DNA of 64,000 nt from Chara braunii (taxonomy: Eukaryota; Plantae; Charophyceae). Made by a program: the position numbers and the translations under genes. The notes beneath the pieces were generated by a model. It did not search any database and had not been told where the DNA came from. It was given only the letters and a program-made list of their open reading frames with translations. This document shows, in pieces, positions 26,616 to 39,200 of the stretch (position 1 is its first letter; every line of letters begins with the position of its first letter). The stretch spans positions 3,937,098-4,001,097 of the forward strand of contig BFEA01000040.1 of the NCBI GenBank assembly GCA_003427395.1. Direction: 5' to 3'.

Positions 26616-26854
26616 GCAGCCAAGCGGCCGTTCCCGGCTGTGAGATTCGATGATCTCGCGGCCGAGAATGGCCATGCTTCATGTTGGTGCAGTGGGCAGC
26701 TCCAAAGGAAAAGGAGCTAGCCCAGATTGCTTATCACCCGGCTCGATCCGTGAATCTGCGGGTAGAAGTTTGGTAGTTATACCTACTGGGCTACCTCCTA
26801 TCTCATATACGGATGAGAACAACCCACATATATGAAGGGTTACAAGGCCGTGCA

Positions 26855-27085
26855 GGCTGCCATCCAGGCCAGCGGACTTCTACTGCTTCAATCTGCGGCT
26901 GGCTGGTTGTTGGCTGATTGCTCGCTGATTGCTGGCCGACTGATTGCAGGCTGATTGCTGGCCGGCTGGCTGCACGCTGGGTGGCTGCAGGTTGGGTGGC
27001 TGGCTGATTGCTGGCCGACTATCTACAGGCTGGTTGTTGGCCGGCTGGCTGCACACTGGGTGGCTGCAGGCTGGGTGGCTGGTTG
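26855..27085 (+). repeat. GGCTG/GCTGATTGCTGG-rich degenerate tandem array; also at ~33075-33225
   Basis: Seen directly at the U3-proximal end of both LTRs. Confidence 0.85.
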
Positions 27086-29335
27086 GCGAGCCCTACGCTT
27101 GCCGCACCCTGCAGCTACCGTGCCATCAATTTCAGCCCTTGGTGCGGACGCCCGTGTCCTAAAAAAAAATAATAATAATAACTTCCTACTCACCTCTCGT
27201 CGCGGCCTCCGGTAAGGTCGCCACTTTGAACGCACTTAGGCCCTAAATCGTGCGGCCTACCGCCACGCGCCACCTTCTTAGGTAGGGTAGGTATAATCCT
27301 ATTAGTCCCTCGACCAAACTATTCCATAGCTCCGTCAGATGCCGTGATTAGTGGTCACACCACTGATTACCACTATTTCAGTCGGACGTCAGCGACGTCT
27401 AGCTTAAAAAAAAAAAGTTTAAGCCTACCGGTCATAGGTCTGTCTAGACAACTTTGGCAACGTCAGTCTCGTCAAGTCCTTCAATTCCACAAAAAAATCG
27501 GATAGCGTCCGACGTTGAAAACCCCGGCAAATACCCTTGTCAAGGTATTTGCCTTGACAACATTTCCGGACCCCATTGAACGACGTCCTCGTCGTTCACC
27601 ATCAAAATAGAATCAAGATCCTCATAAAATTTCCATGTAAAAGCAACGATCACAATACACAACAATTCCAACAATTGTTCGGAACTAAGCCGGAACTTTT
27701 AGAACAATATAACAACAAAATTGGATTTAGCGTCCAGGAGCCTCACTTAAAACTCTGGACATAGCCTCCAGAAGCCTTACAATTCAACAAAATACCACCA
27801 GATATAGCCTTTGGCGAGCCTTCCATTCCTATAACATATAAGTGGGTAAAATGATACCAGATTAGCCTCTGGCAAACCGTAATCAAACTTGGACCCAGGT
27901 CTAGCCCCTGGAAGCCTTCAATTTAGAGGAACTTTTTCAGAATGATCCCAACATCATCCCACTGGCGGCCACTCAATACAAACGTTAGTCTCTCTTGAAT
28001 GATGCCGGAAGCCCTCCGACAATACAAAAAAAATCACTCAAGCCAATATCCATTACTGTCACTACTATACCACAGTAATGTGCTAAAAAGAGTGAGCGAG
28101 GAATAGCCCCTGACAGACCTTTCAAAAAATTTTAATCATTCAAGAGAGAAATCATTCTTCCAAAGTCCCTCGACCAAGTTCGACATTACATTCGTCCTCA
28201 CTTAAGTCATCGTGCCCGATATTTCTGACACCCCTTGTGAATGCGTCGAGGAGTGGTGTAATCCGTATGAGCAAAGTATCTCGATATCAAGCCCTGCTTA
28301 AGATTCGAGCCTCGCCACATTCTTTCCGATTCCAATGTTTTCGATCTCATTAGTCTTTTGCGTGCAGAGTACAACTGCCCCACCTAAAATAACCGAGGCT
28401 GGCTAGACCCCGGTCATAGAGGTACGGTGACCATGCTTGACACGAGGTTAGGTAGCCACTCCTCCCCTTGAGGCAAACGATAGTCGTCTACCCTACAAGC
28501 ATCATTCTAATAAGACCTCAACACGTTCCTCCCTTTCAGTGATAATGTAGTCCTCCTTCCCTTAAACCACATAGGGTATAGAAGACAATATCCCACTATG
28601 GACCAGGAGCATAGCTCCGGCGTGGGCCTCACTACCACCTACGTAGCTCACAAATCCATCAGAAATTTATCGAGACATGATAACGCCTTCAAGACTTACT
28701 TAAAAAATATGCAAAAACAACAATACAACTTACAACAAATGCTTTCACACGAAATTTATAACGATCCAAGCAAAATAAATCTTCAACAATAAATCAGATG
28801 CCTTCAATCATAGAAATGCATCAATAAAACGGATAATCTCGAAATGAATGAGAGTCTGGGTAAACTGATGGATCGAAATATTCATCATTCTAATATCGGA
28901 CGTATGACTAAATAAATCTGCTAAATAATATCAAAAGGAAGTCAACGTTTGGTTGACAACTTTTCAAAATAGTTCTAACCAATAAGAATTTACGCAAGAA
29001 TTATAAGTAAAAATAATACCTCAAAGTTCATGATAAACGATATAATTAAGATATGGCACATGAAAACGGTAATTTTTAACACAATAACTCGTATATCAAA
29101 ACAATAACAAACTACGACACAATTAATATCAAGATATTATGAATTTAAACCTAACTTGAACGTTCAAAAATAACCAAAATAATCTCAAAAAAGAAATCCG
29201 GAAATAATTTCATCGAAACAAAATGATAATAAAATCAATCAATGAAGATAAAATAATGAGAATACGATAAATATATTCACTATAACATAAAATATCTGAG
29301 TGTCGTTCCGCTAGGGACAAAGGTAGTTTACCTTT

Positions 29336-29354
29336 ATCCCCGGCAACGGCGCCA
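29336..29354 (-). promoter_or_regulatory. Primer-binding site complementary to the tRNA-Asp 3' end
   Basis: Reverse complement TGGCGCCGTTGCCGGGGAT lies 2 nt after the LTR end ...CGACA; this PBS is typical of Athila-type elements. Confidence 0.9.
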
Positions 29355-29356
29355 CC

Positions 29357-32300
29357 TGTCGAGCTCATCGGCCCTCGCGCGGGCGAGGGCCCTCCCGGCC
29401 ACGTCACGCAGGAGTTTAAACAAAAATCAAAACCAAACAGAACAACTCAAGAACGACCCCGCATGTCGTCGAAACGGGTGCAGTCACGTCATCCCCGCGC
29501 CGCTCTGGTCAGGTGCGCCAGCTATACTTCCCGCGGTCCCCTACGACAGGATAGGTTTCCGCGAGGCATAAGCTTGTTTCCCTAAGGGGTTGTCACCACC
29601 TTTAAGGGCGTATCCCTACCGAGCTACCGACCCACATGCGAAAGTTTTTAAATGTAGTCGCAGAGGTAGGTCAGCCGAGGGCGTTTGCTCGTTCGCTGTA
29701 GTATAGATACGCTTGGTTAACGCCAAGCGGACCCGAACGTCGTCCGTTCCTAGGGCGCTGATCTCCTAAGTACGAAGCGTACACCGATCGATTAGGACGG
29801 TCTCAACCAAGCGTGAAACCCAAATAGTTATCCTAGTCGCTTAGACATATAGCCAAAGAGAATTATAACATTCACAGACAATTACATCAAAAGAAGTCGA
29901 CCGTAGTCAACAGGAATATATATTGCATCGAAAATGATAATTGAAAGAAACAATTCATCATTCAATAACACAAGATCATAATAAAATCCGACCACCGCGG
30001 GTCGCACACCATAAAACAATCAAACAACCGCCAACAACGAGTTGANNNNNNNNNNNNNNNNNNNNNNNNNNNNNNNNNNNNNNNNNNNNNNNNNNNNNNN
30101 NNNNNNNNNNNNNNNNNNNNNNNNNNNNNNNNNNNNNNNNNNNNNNNNNNNNNNNNNNNNNNNNNNNNNNNNNNNNNNNNNNNNNNNNNNNNNNNNNNNN
30201 NNNNNNNNNNNNNNNNNNNNNNNNNNNNNNNNNNNNNNNNNNNNNNNNNNNNNNNNNNNNNNNNNNNNNNNNNNNNNNNNNNNNNNNNNNNNNNNNNNNN
30301 NNNNNNNNNNNNNNNNNNNNNNNNNNNNNNNNNNNNNNNNNNNNNNNNNNNNNNNNNNNNNNNNNNNNNNNNNNNNNNNNNNNNNNNNNNNNNNNNNNNN
30401 NNNNNNNNNNNNNNNNNNNNNNNNNNNNNNNNNNNNNNNNNNNNNNNNNNNNNNNNNNNNNNNNNNNNNNNNNNNNNNNNNNNNNNNNNNNNNNNNNNNN
30501 NNNNNNNNNNNNNNNNNNNNNNNNNNNNNNNNNNNNNNNNNNNNNNNNNNNNNNNNNNNNNNNNNNNNNNNNNNNNNNNNNNNNNNNNNNNNNNNNNNNN
30601 NNNNNNNNNNNNNNNNNNNNNNNNNNNNNNNNNNNNNNNNNNNNNNNNNNNNNNNNNNNNNNNNNNNNNNNNNNNNNNNNNNNNNNNNNNNNNNNNNNNN
30701 NNNNNNNNNNNNNNNNNNNNNNNNNNNNNNNNNNNNNNNNNNNNNNNNNNNNNNNNNNNNNNNNNNNNNNNNNNNNNNNNNNNNNNNNNNNNNNNNNNNN
30801 NNNNNNNNNNNNNNNNNNNNNNNNNNNNNNNNNNNNNNNNNNNNNNNNNNNNNNNNNNNNNNNNNNNNNNNNNNNNNNNNNNNNNNNNNNNNNNNNNNNN
30901 NNNNNNNNNNNNNNNTTTTCACTCATGCATGACGCCCACAACCCCACTCAACCTTTCTCCTGAACATTCAAAGCAAAATGGTCAAGCAATGTGTGGGTGC
31001 ACACAGGTGTAAAGGGAGTCTGAGTCGTCCACTGACTGACCTTGAGTGAAGTGGTGTCGAACGCGTCATGGCTCACTCAAGAAAGCCAAATGACATATAC
31101 GCGTCGCCGAAGAAACCGCAGTCCCGAGGTAAGTCTTGGACCAACGTTTTGCCCAGTCTGTTCCCGACTTGCAAGTTTCACTCACGGCAGTCCCAAGTGC
31201 GAAGATGGCAAGCCGTACTCGTCCCAAAAAAATCAACCGCGTCCTGTGTCGATCCGAATTGATCCCAGCCGGTCCCAAGTGGTCCCGCACTACTGCTAGT
31301 GTTGGGTAGTCTCATCTACAAAATATTTATTTCATATGCTGCATAAAAAATAAACCCGCCCATCGCGCTCAGATTTCGTATCGTGGCATGCCGTCAACCG
31401 CCACCATGTCACGCTACTGTTGCCGTACACACCAATGGTAGCAGACCTTCACCAAGAAAAGCAGACACCGCATTAAAAAAAAAATAAAAAATTCAGCGCC
31501 GTAAAAAAAAAAAACCACTGCCGCGCCGAACGTCTTACCGTCGTGCCACATTTCCATTGTCGTGCCGAACTCTCGTCGGAAAATGGCAGCACGTCGTCGC
31601 TCTGTGCCCTGTCAAAAAAAAAAAAAAAAAAAAAAAACGCCAGCGCTCCACCGTGTCGTACCACCGTAGAAAAAAGACGGCGGCGCCTCGCCGTGCTGTA
31701 CCACCGCCAAAAGACGGCAGCGCTTCGCCGTGTCGTACTACCGCAAAAAGACGGCAGCACTTCGCCACGTTATACTACTGTGCCGCACTACCGCAAAAAG
31801 ACGGCAACACTTCGCCGTGTTATACTACCATGCCGCGAAAACGGCAGCGTCACTCTTCAAAACAAAGTGTCGCCGACGTGCCGTCAAAACGGCAGCGTCA
31901 CCACTCAAAATAAAGGTGTCGGGCTGACGCCATGGTATTTCGGCAACATAACCCCACAAAAATGGGTTATGGTTGCCAAAAATATCGGTCGGCACACCTC
32001 CACCAGTTGTCTTGCTCCCCACTGCTCCTTGCCACACTCCGCTGCCGCTCCTCACCATGATGTCGCAGAGTCCCACCAGACCAGCCTACCAAGGGGTGGA
32101 GCAAAGTGCTCCAGCCAAGGCTATGGCTATCTCCTCCTTCGTCACTCCGCTCCTCTGCAGTCCTCCGGCTCCGCCGGCAGCACTCCTGCCTCCTCTCCAG
32201 CACTCCAGCAATGAGGCAATTGTGTTGTCGTACACTGGCAGTCGGAGGCAAGTGTGAGGCAGCTGGGGGACAGCTGCCTCTTTTGTAGTGGCTGAGGAGG

Positions 32301-33226
32301 CCAGCAGCAGCCTCTGCTGCCCCTAGGCAAAATTCGTCACTTGCCTGGGGCCGTTGATATGAGGCAGATCAACGGACTGAGGCTGTCTTACCTCAGCCAC
32401 ACACTTAGGGTGGCAGTTGTACTCAACTGCCCCCCTCTTTTTTCCCCTTTTCCCTGCACTCAGCCCCACACTGAGTGCAGGTTCAGCGGGAAAATGGTTG
32501 TTTTCAGCCAAGTTCCCCTCATTACCCCTTCATCTCCCATGCCTCTGGCCTGAGTCACATTCAGGCCAGTTTGGCGTGTATCTGATCATAGCCGCGGCCA
32601 CATTCGTGGCCGTGGCTTTTCCTTTTTCATTTTTTTATTTATTTATTTTTTTTTTTATTACGTTGGCTTTGCCAACGGCCACGTCCCATTGTGGCCTGCT
32701 ATGGCACATCGAGGTACAGACCCGGGTTCAAATCCCTACCGGGATTTTGGACCATTTCTCGATTTATGCGTGTAATCCTTGCGCAAGGGTCAAGCTGCAG
32801 CCAGGCGGCCCTTCCCGGCCGTGAGATTCGATGATCTCGCAGTCGAGAATGACCGTGCTTCATGCTGGTGCAGTGGGCAGCTCCAAAGGAAAAGGAGCTA
32901 GCCCAGACTGCTTATCCCCTGCTCGATCCCTGAATCTGCGGGTAGAAGTTTGGTAGTTGTACCTACTGGGCTACCTTATATCTCATATAGGGATGAGAGC
33001 AGCCCACATATATAAAGGGTTACGGGGCCCAGCAGGCTGCCATCCAGGTCAGCGGACTTCTACTGCTTCAATCTGCGGCTGGCTGGTTGCTGGCTGATTG
33101 TTGGCTGATTGCTGGCCGACTGGCTGCAGGCTGATTGCTGGCCGGCTGGCTGCAGGCTGATTGCTGGCCGGTTGGCTGCATGCTGGGTGGCTGCAGGCTG
33201 GGTGGCTGGCTGATTGCTGGCCGACA
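29357..33226 (-). repeat. 5' LTR (copy B, includes N gap)
   Basis: TGTCG...CGACA inverted termini; abuts the PBS. Confidence 0.8.
32744..32796 (-). ncRNA. U6: U6 3'-half fragment in LTR B
   Basis: Reverse complement AGCTTGACCCTTGCGCAAGGATTACACGCATAAATCGAGAAATGGTCCAAAAT. Confidence 0.9.
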
Positions 33227-36200
33227 CCGCAACAAACCTGCGACGCCCAAATGCAAATGCAACAGCAAGGTGCAAAACAATACCTCGATGATTCACAACT
33301 ACAAATGCAAATGCAAAGTCGCGGTGCTTAACTGCAAGTGCAACAACAACCGCGGGTGTTGGCTCTGGGGCAGCAGGACCAAGTCAGGAAGGCACAAGCA
33401 CTACTGCAACTGCGACAACACCGATGAGCAGATGCAGCAAGCACAGCAAGATCATGAACCGCAACTGCTGCAGGCACAACAGCAGAACCAGCACCCACTT
33501 GACGCCCAAATGTTGATGCAGCAACAACAACATCACATGCTCGTTCAGCATAAGGAACAGCGAGAACAACGAGCTGACCAACAGTACCTGCCATACGCCC
33601 AAGCGGCCCAACAGCAGCAGCAATGCCTGATGCAGCAACAGCAACATGAGATCCAGCAACGCCATCGGCATGACAACCAAACACAAGCGGTGCGACAACA
33701 ACAACACTTGCAATCGCACCCACAGCTTCAGCAATACATGCAGGCTGATGCACCCGCCTGCATCGACACACCAGCAGTTAAATTACGGGGAAGCATCGTA
33801 CCAACCACAACAACAAACACAACAACATACAAATTGTGAGGATCAACTTTGATACCTCCTACAAGCGCAGCGCAGTACCATCAACAACAACACCAACAAA
33901 GCGAGATGCAACAACAACAAATCCTGCAACATCTCCACTTGCACTAGTAACAACAATTGTGCTGCCAACAACAGCTCATCCTACAACAGCAACAACAACA
34001 GTTGCAGATGTTGTGGCACCACAAGCATGAGAGACAGCAGCACCAACAACATATCCTTGCACTGAACGACATCACCATGTTCCGGATGTGCTCCCAGCAA
34101 CAAAAGAGGCTGCTCAGACATTGCAAGACTTGGAGACTTAGTCTACGGCCCCGGATGAGCCTTCAGTGCCCTTCACTGATGAAGCAGGACTGCAACCACG
34201 ACCCTTAAACAACAGACATTGAAATGTTTCAGGCCCCGGTCCACCCCTGCAGGATAGCTTCCCCCCCCCTCCCCCCGCTCCACTCTCGGCCAATGTTGAG
34301 GTTAAACCAAAACTGGTCTTCTTAACCAAATAAACCCTAACAAAAATCTTTTCTATTGCAGCAGAGGGATCACACGACAGGCTCAATTCCAAATATTGGG
34401 TGAAGGCTAAAGAAGTGTTGATGTTCAGTCCACGGGTACTGGCCACTGTGGAAAAATACAAGGATATACCATCGATTGACTGGATGGACGTGGGGGCGGT
34501 GATTGTACTAGTGGTCAATGAATTCTTGGACAAAATTAAGCAGTACGCTAACAAGCAATTTCCCCCAAACCAGCCCAAACAAAGCCCGGACCACCAGGCC
34601 CCCCACGATGAAGCTTTCCTTCATGAGGGGTTGGCGTGGCCTAAGCTCTTGGTCCAGGAACTTTGCACTACCCTGCATGGCCCGCCCACTGCTGCAGCCC
34701 CCACCCAATCACCAGAAAACCAGAGCCAGCTCCTCACATGGGAGGGGGGGCCACGACAACCGGCACAACCGATGCACCACACAACACTCACAGATACTGC
34801 TACACACACAACACTTACAGACACTGTCGTGGTCCCTGCAAACCGGAGTCGTCGTCCACGCAAAATTGAAATTCTGCATGACGATGATGATAACAATGAC
34901 ATGGCACTGTGTCTGTATGATGAGGCACCAGACGACCCTCCCCTTGGGAAACTGAGGGACCGGGTGAGACTCCAAGACCCTGGAGGCTCCCTGGTGCAGG
35001 CGCCACCTGGTGTCATCATTTTCCCTCTGGCCAGGCAAAGTGAAGGAGGACAGTGGATGTTGGGGTTCGAAACCCCCCCCCACCGACCCCCCCAGCAACC
35101 CCCGAACTCGGAGGGTCTCACTGTGGAAGGATGAAGGGGGAACCCCTCCATAGTGGTGATCCTCAAACGGCTCAAATACTGGCGTCGAGAGATGCAAACA
35201 GAAAGACTTTTGGGAGCCGTGCTGCCACACTCGTTGTCCTTTCCGACAGGAGTTATACCGGTCATACTACTCATGAACTCTAACGCCAAACCTCAAAGCA
35301 CACAGACTGCCTATACCTGGTTTAACCATCATGAGCTCATGGACCTCTCCACTGACCGGTTCAGGACCAACTTTGCATGGACACTACGCAGAGTGTTGTT
35401 CTTCATGCAAATCCTCTTGGAGGATAACATGTTAGAAGAACACAACCATTGGGATGACCCACCCTTCGTCCTTCCAATAAAGAACTTAGACTCAGCCGTC
35501 ACTCGGTCACCACGGAAGAACACGTGCAATCTCTTGTGTCTGCACAAGTGCCAGTAGACATGTTGAGTATCAGTGACTAACCTAATGAACCAGGAAGAAG
35601 CACTGACCCCACAGACTGCCCTGCCGCTCCAGTTTCTTGAAAGGACACACCGTCACACTGACCCGTACCCCACACTCACTGCACAACCCTCCGGCCTGCG
35701 AGGGCCCCATGCTGAGAATGCAACCCCCCCCCCNNNNNNNNNNNNNNNNNNNNNNNNNNNNNNNNNNNNNNNNNNNNNNNNNNNNNNNNNNNNNNNNNNN
35801 NNNNNNNNNNNNNNNNNNNNNNNNNNNNNNNNNNNNNNNNNNNNNNNNNNNNNNNNNNNNNNNNNNNNNNNNNNNNNNNNNNNNNNNNNNNNNNNNNNNN
35901 NNNNNNNNNNNNNNNNNNNNNNNNNNNNNNNNNNNNNCCCCCCCCCCCCCCCCTTCCTTGCTCGTTCTCCCCCCACTTAGGATGCAGCCCCAATGGGCAG
36001 TAAAACTGGCTCGAGTAGACATAAATATCCGCTCTCCGAATGTCAATGGCCTCATACAGGCCACACAAACAAAAGAGGATGCATCTGGGATATGCTCAGA
36101 GGCACAAACAAGAGGTTGTGGGCAGATGCAATCTACATTCAAGAAATGCACCTGCAAGATACGTCAGTACACACAGCAAAGGCCAAAGCAATCTGGTCAT

Positions 36201-39200
36201 ACGCGTCCTTCACAACACATGCAATAGATAGAGCATCGGCGGGGGCCTCCATCCTCGAAACTCAAGCCACTGTGTGAATCTGACAAACTGCAAGGAAGAT
36301 GGGTATCCCTGAAAGTGGAGTTCGAGGAAGACGAGTTCTATCTGGTCATCGTGCATGCGCCTAACGACCCCATATCTAAGGTGGATTTTTGGCTCTCCCT
36401 CCACCAACAACTGTTGGACGATGCCCTTATCATATTGGCGGGAGACTTCAACACTGCGCTCGACCCTGTGATGGACCGCAGATCCACGTATCGACGACAG
36501 GATCAGGCATCCCCGTCATCAGCCCCCCCTTGGCCCGGATGTCCTCATCCGCAGACAGATTATGGTGGACACGCAACTTCAAGATGCATACCGATTGCTG
36601 CATCCTGCCCAAAAAGCCTTCACTTGTTTGTCCTCCAGGGGCGACCAGGGTCTGGCTAACTCACGAATTGACCTTACACCAGTGTCCAATGATCTGATGG
36701 GGCTAGTCACCATGATAGAGATAACAACTATCAGTCTATGTAAGTCTTTTGACCACAGGATGATAACACTGGGACTCTCATTCCGCAATCATATCTAACG
36801 AGGGACGGGCTTCTACAAACTCAACACCTCCCAACTCCCCCTCCCTAAATTCAAACACTTAATTAAGGAATTATGGGAATTCTGGCAAACTCAAAAACCC
36901 GAATCTGGGGAGAGGGCACATTGGTTCAACAAAGGTCTCACGCAGCTGAGGGAGAGAGCTAAAAAATTCTTCATCCAGCATGCCAGAGACCGAAAAGCCT
37001 TCCTGGAGAGCCTCATGCAAGACCTCGAAGAATGGGATGATGAGCTGATGAAAGACCCCCTACACCGCCCCTCATATCACAGATTACAAGATGCTCGCGA
37101 CCACCTCCAGGATTAGTTAGATAGACAGGCGCAGGCATGGAGAGTGCAGGCCGAGATAAAGAAAAAACACACCGGAAGAACAATGACAAAGACTTTTTTT
37201 AACAAGGCCAAAGCAAGATCGAGGACGATTACTGTTCCCAAACTTAACCACCTGCTGGACAGCAACGCCCTGTCGGCAACCAATGCTTACACAATAGTGG
37301 ACTTCGAGGCCACGTACTACGAAAACCTCTTTACATCTGAAACGTCTGGCAAACACCCAGATGAGGTCCACCAAGAGAGAGACGCACTGCTGAAAACCAT
37401 TCAATCTCGCCTGACACAAGACCGAAGGGACGCTCTGGACAAGCCCATATCCCCCAAGGAGGTATGGGAGGCACTGTAAGGTATGGAAGATGAGAAAACA
37501 CCCGGAATCGACTCTTTCCCGAAATAATTCTAGGTGCAGTTATGGGACCTTTTGCGCCACGATATCATGGAGTTAATAAAGGCAATACAAAAAGAGGGTT
37601 CCTTTGGAGGGATGATTGGTCAGGGTGTCACAACCCTCCTTTTCAAGAAAGGGGATAGAGAGAACGTAAGGAACTACAGACCTATTACTCTTCTCCCTAT
37701 CCCCTACAAATTGGTGGCCAAAGTCCTCACCAATAGACTGCTACCCTTGATGAACTTACTGATCCACCCGGATCAAACGGGATTTATGCCCAATCGCAAT
37801 ATTCACTATTATCCAGGACAATATTCTCCTGGTCAACGAGACCATCAAATACGCCCGTCAGAGAAAAGTCAAAGCGGCAATCCTCTTTATAGACTTTGAA
37901 AAGGTGTACGATCACGTTGATTGGGACTTTCTCAACATGTGCCTGGCAAAAATGAACTTTGGTCCGTCCTTTTGTCAATGGGTGCACCTTCTCCACAGGT
38001 CGGCCACGACTAACATAATGCTCAATGGTCACCTCTCACCGCCCATCCATCTTTAGAGATCGGTGCGTCAGGGAGACCCCATTGCACCCTTGTTATTCGT
38101 CATTGTCATGGAGGCCTTGACATCTATGATCCGATCTCACCCTCAAATCAGCAAAGTGCCTATCCCAGACATACCCCAGCATCTCATACCTGTGACATCG
38201 CTCTTTGCAGATGACCTCACAGTTCTCATGCGTGCTGATCCAACCAGCCTCCAAGCCCTCACCCAAGTCATACACCTTTTTTCATTGGCGGCAGACATGA
38301 AGGTCAATTGGGGCTCCAACACAGAGGGGTGGTGGCTCCACCCACACTGAGAACCCCCCCCACCCGAACCAAGTGTAGCACGGGTCCGCAAAGAAGAAGC
38401 CATAAGGATTTTGGGTGTGAGACTGACAGTGAAGGGACCCCCGGCCAACCATGGCGACATGTTGGTCAATATGGCAGTGGACCGGTAGGCCAAATGGGAA
38501 GGATTGCACACATCATTGGTGGGACGCGCCTTGGCAATTAACAGTGTCATCCTCGCGGCCATATAGTACAAATTGGCAGTATGGCCACTAAGTAAATAAC
38601 AGCATGCCAGACTGAAGAAGGCACTCACAACATATCTGTGGAAAAATAGTGTGAAAACCCAACATTGTCTCAATAGAGTGAAATGGGAGGTGGTCACAGC
38701 CCAGGACTAAAGGGGGGTTGGGGATTCTGGACCCTCAGAGAGAGAGCGAGACACTCATCTTTAAGGTCCTTATCCAACTACTAATGGGGAATGATATCCC
38801 TTGGGAGCCGCTGGCCTGTCTGCAAATTGCCAGCCTGGTCCCACAATCATAGGTGCCTGGAACAGTGCATCCGTTCCAATGGCTGACAAATAACCACTGG
38901 TCCATTCCAGTGCCTCCGAAGCAAGCGCAATCAGAGAGTCCAACACATGCAACAAAGTTGGACATGTCGGTGGATCTACTCTGGCCCTACATGCTCAAAC
39001 TTTGGAGGCGGAAAGGGCCACAACAGAAACCCCCCCCAACAAATGGCATGATGTATGGAGGCAATTTGGCAACCCGCTTATCCTTCAAGAAACAGGCGGT
39101 CCATTTCCCCTTACTACGAACTCTCTATGGCTCAATTGGACCATAAAAAGAGTTTTCACAGTAGGGGACATGTGGGACGAGGAGAGTGGGGATTGGGCAA

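Larger units (their letters stand above)
23172..27020 (-). repeat. 3' LTR (copy A, includes N gap)
   Basis: Collinear with 29357-33226 with scattered substitutions. The right boundary is placed by alignment to copy B; a PPT was not clearly seen. Confidence 0.7.
23172..33226 (-). mobile_element. Non-autonomous LTR retroelement (LARD-like; Athila/Tat-type PBS)
   Basis: Direct repeats ~23172-27020 and 29357-33226 (TGCCG/TGTCG...CGACT/CGACA); minus-strand PBS adjacent to the LTR at 29357; flanks CCCC/CCGC (4-bp TSD, one mismatch) that restore the host QQPQQT reading frame; ~2.3-kb internal region with no gag/pol motif. Confidence 0.8.

Noticed and set aside
25375-32214. Duplicated ~220-aa ORFs inside the LTRs
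   Set aside because: GC-rich tandem-repeat sequence crossing a variable A-homopolymer; no protein motif.
23172-33226. Assembly-duplication artefact (both copies gapped at the same place)
   Set aside because: The copies differ by many substitutions and indels, and the PBS and TSD fit a true LTR pair. Long reads would settle it.
15457-36227. Long ORFs containing X runs
   Set aside because: Artefacts of the assembly N gaps.
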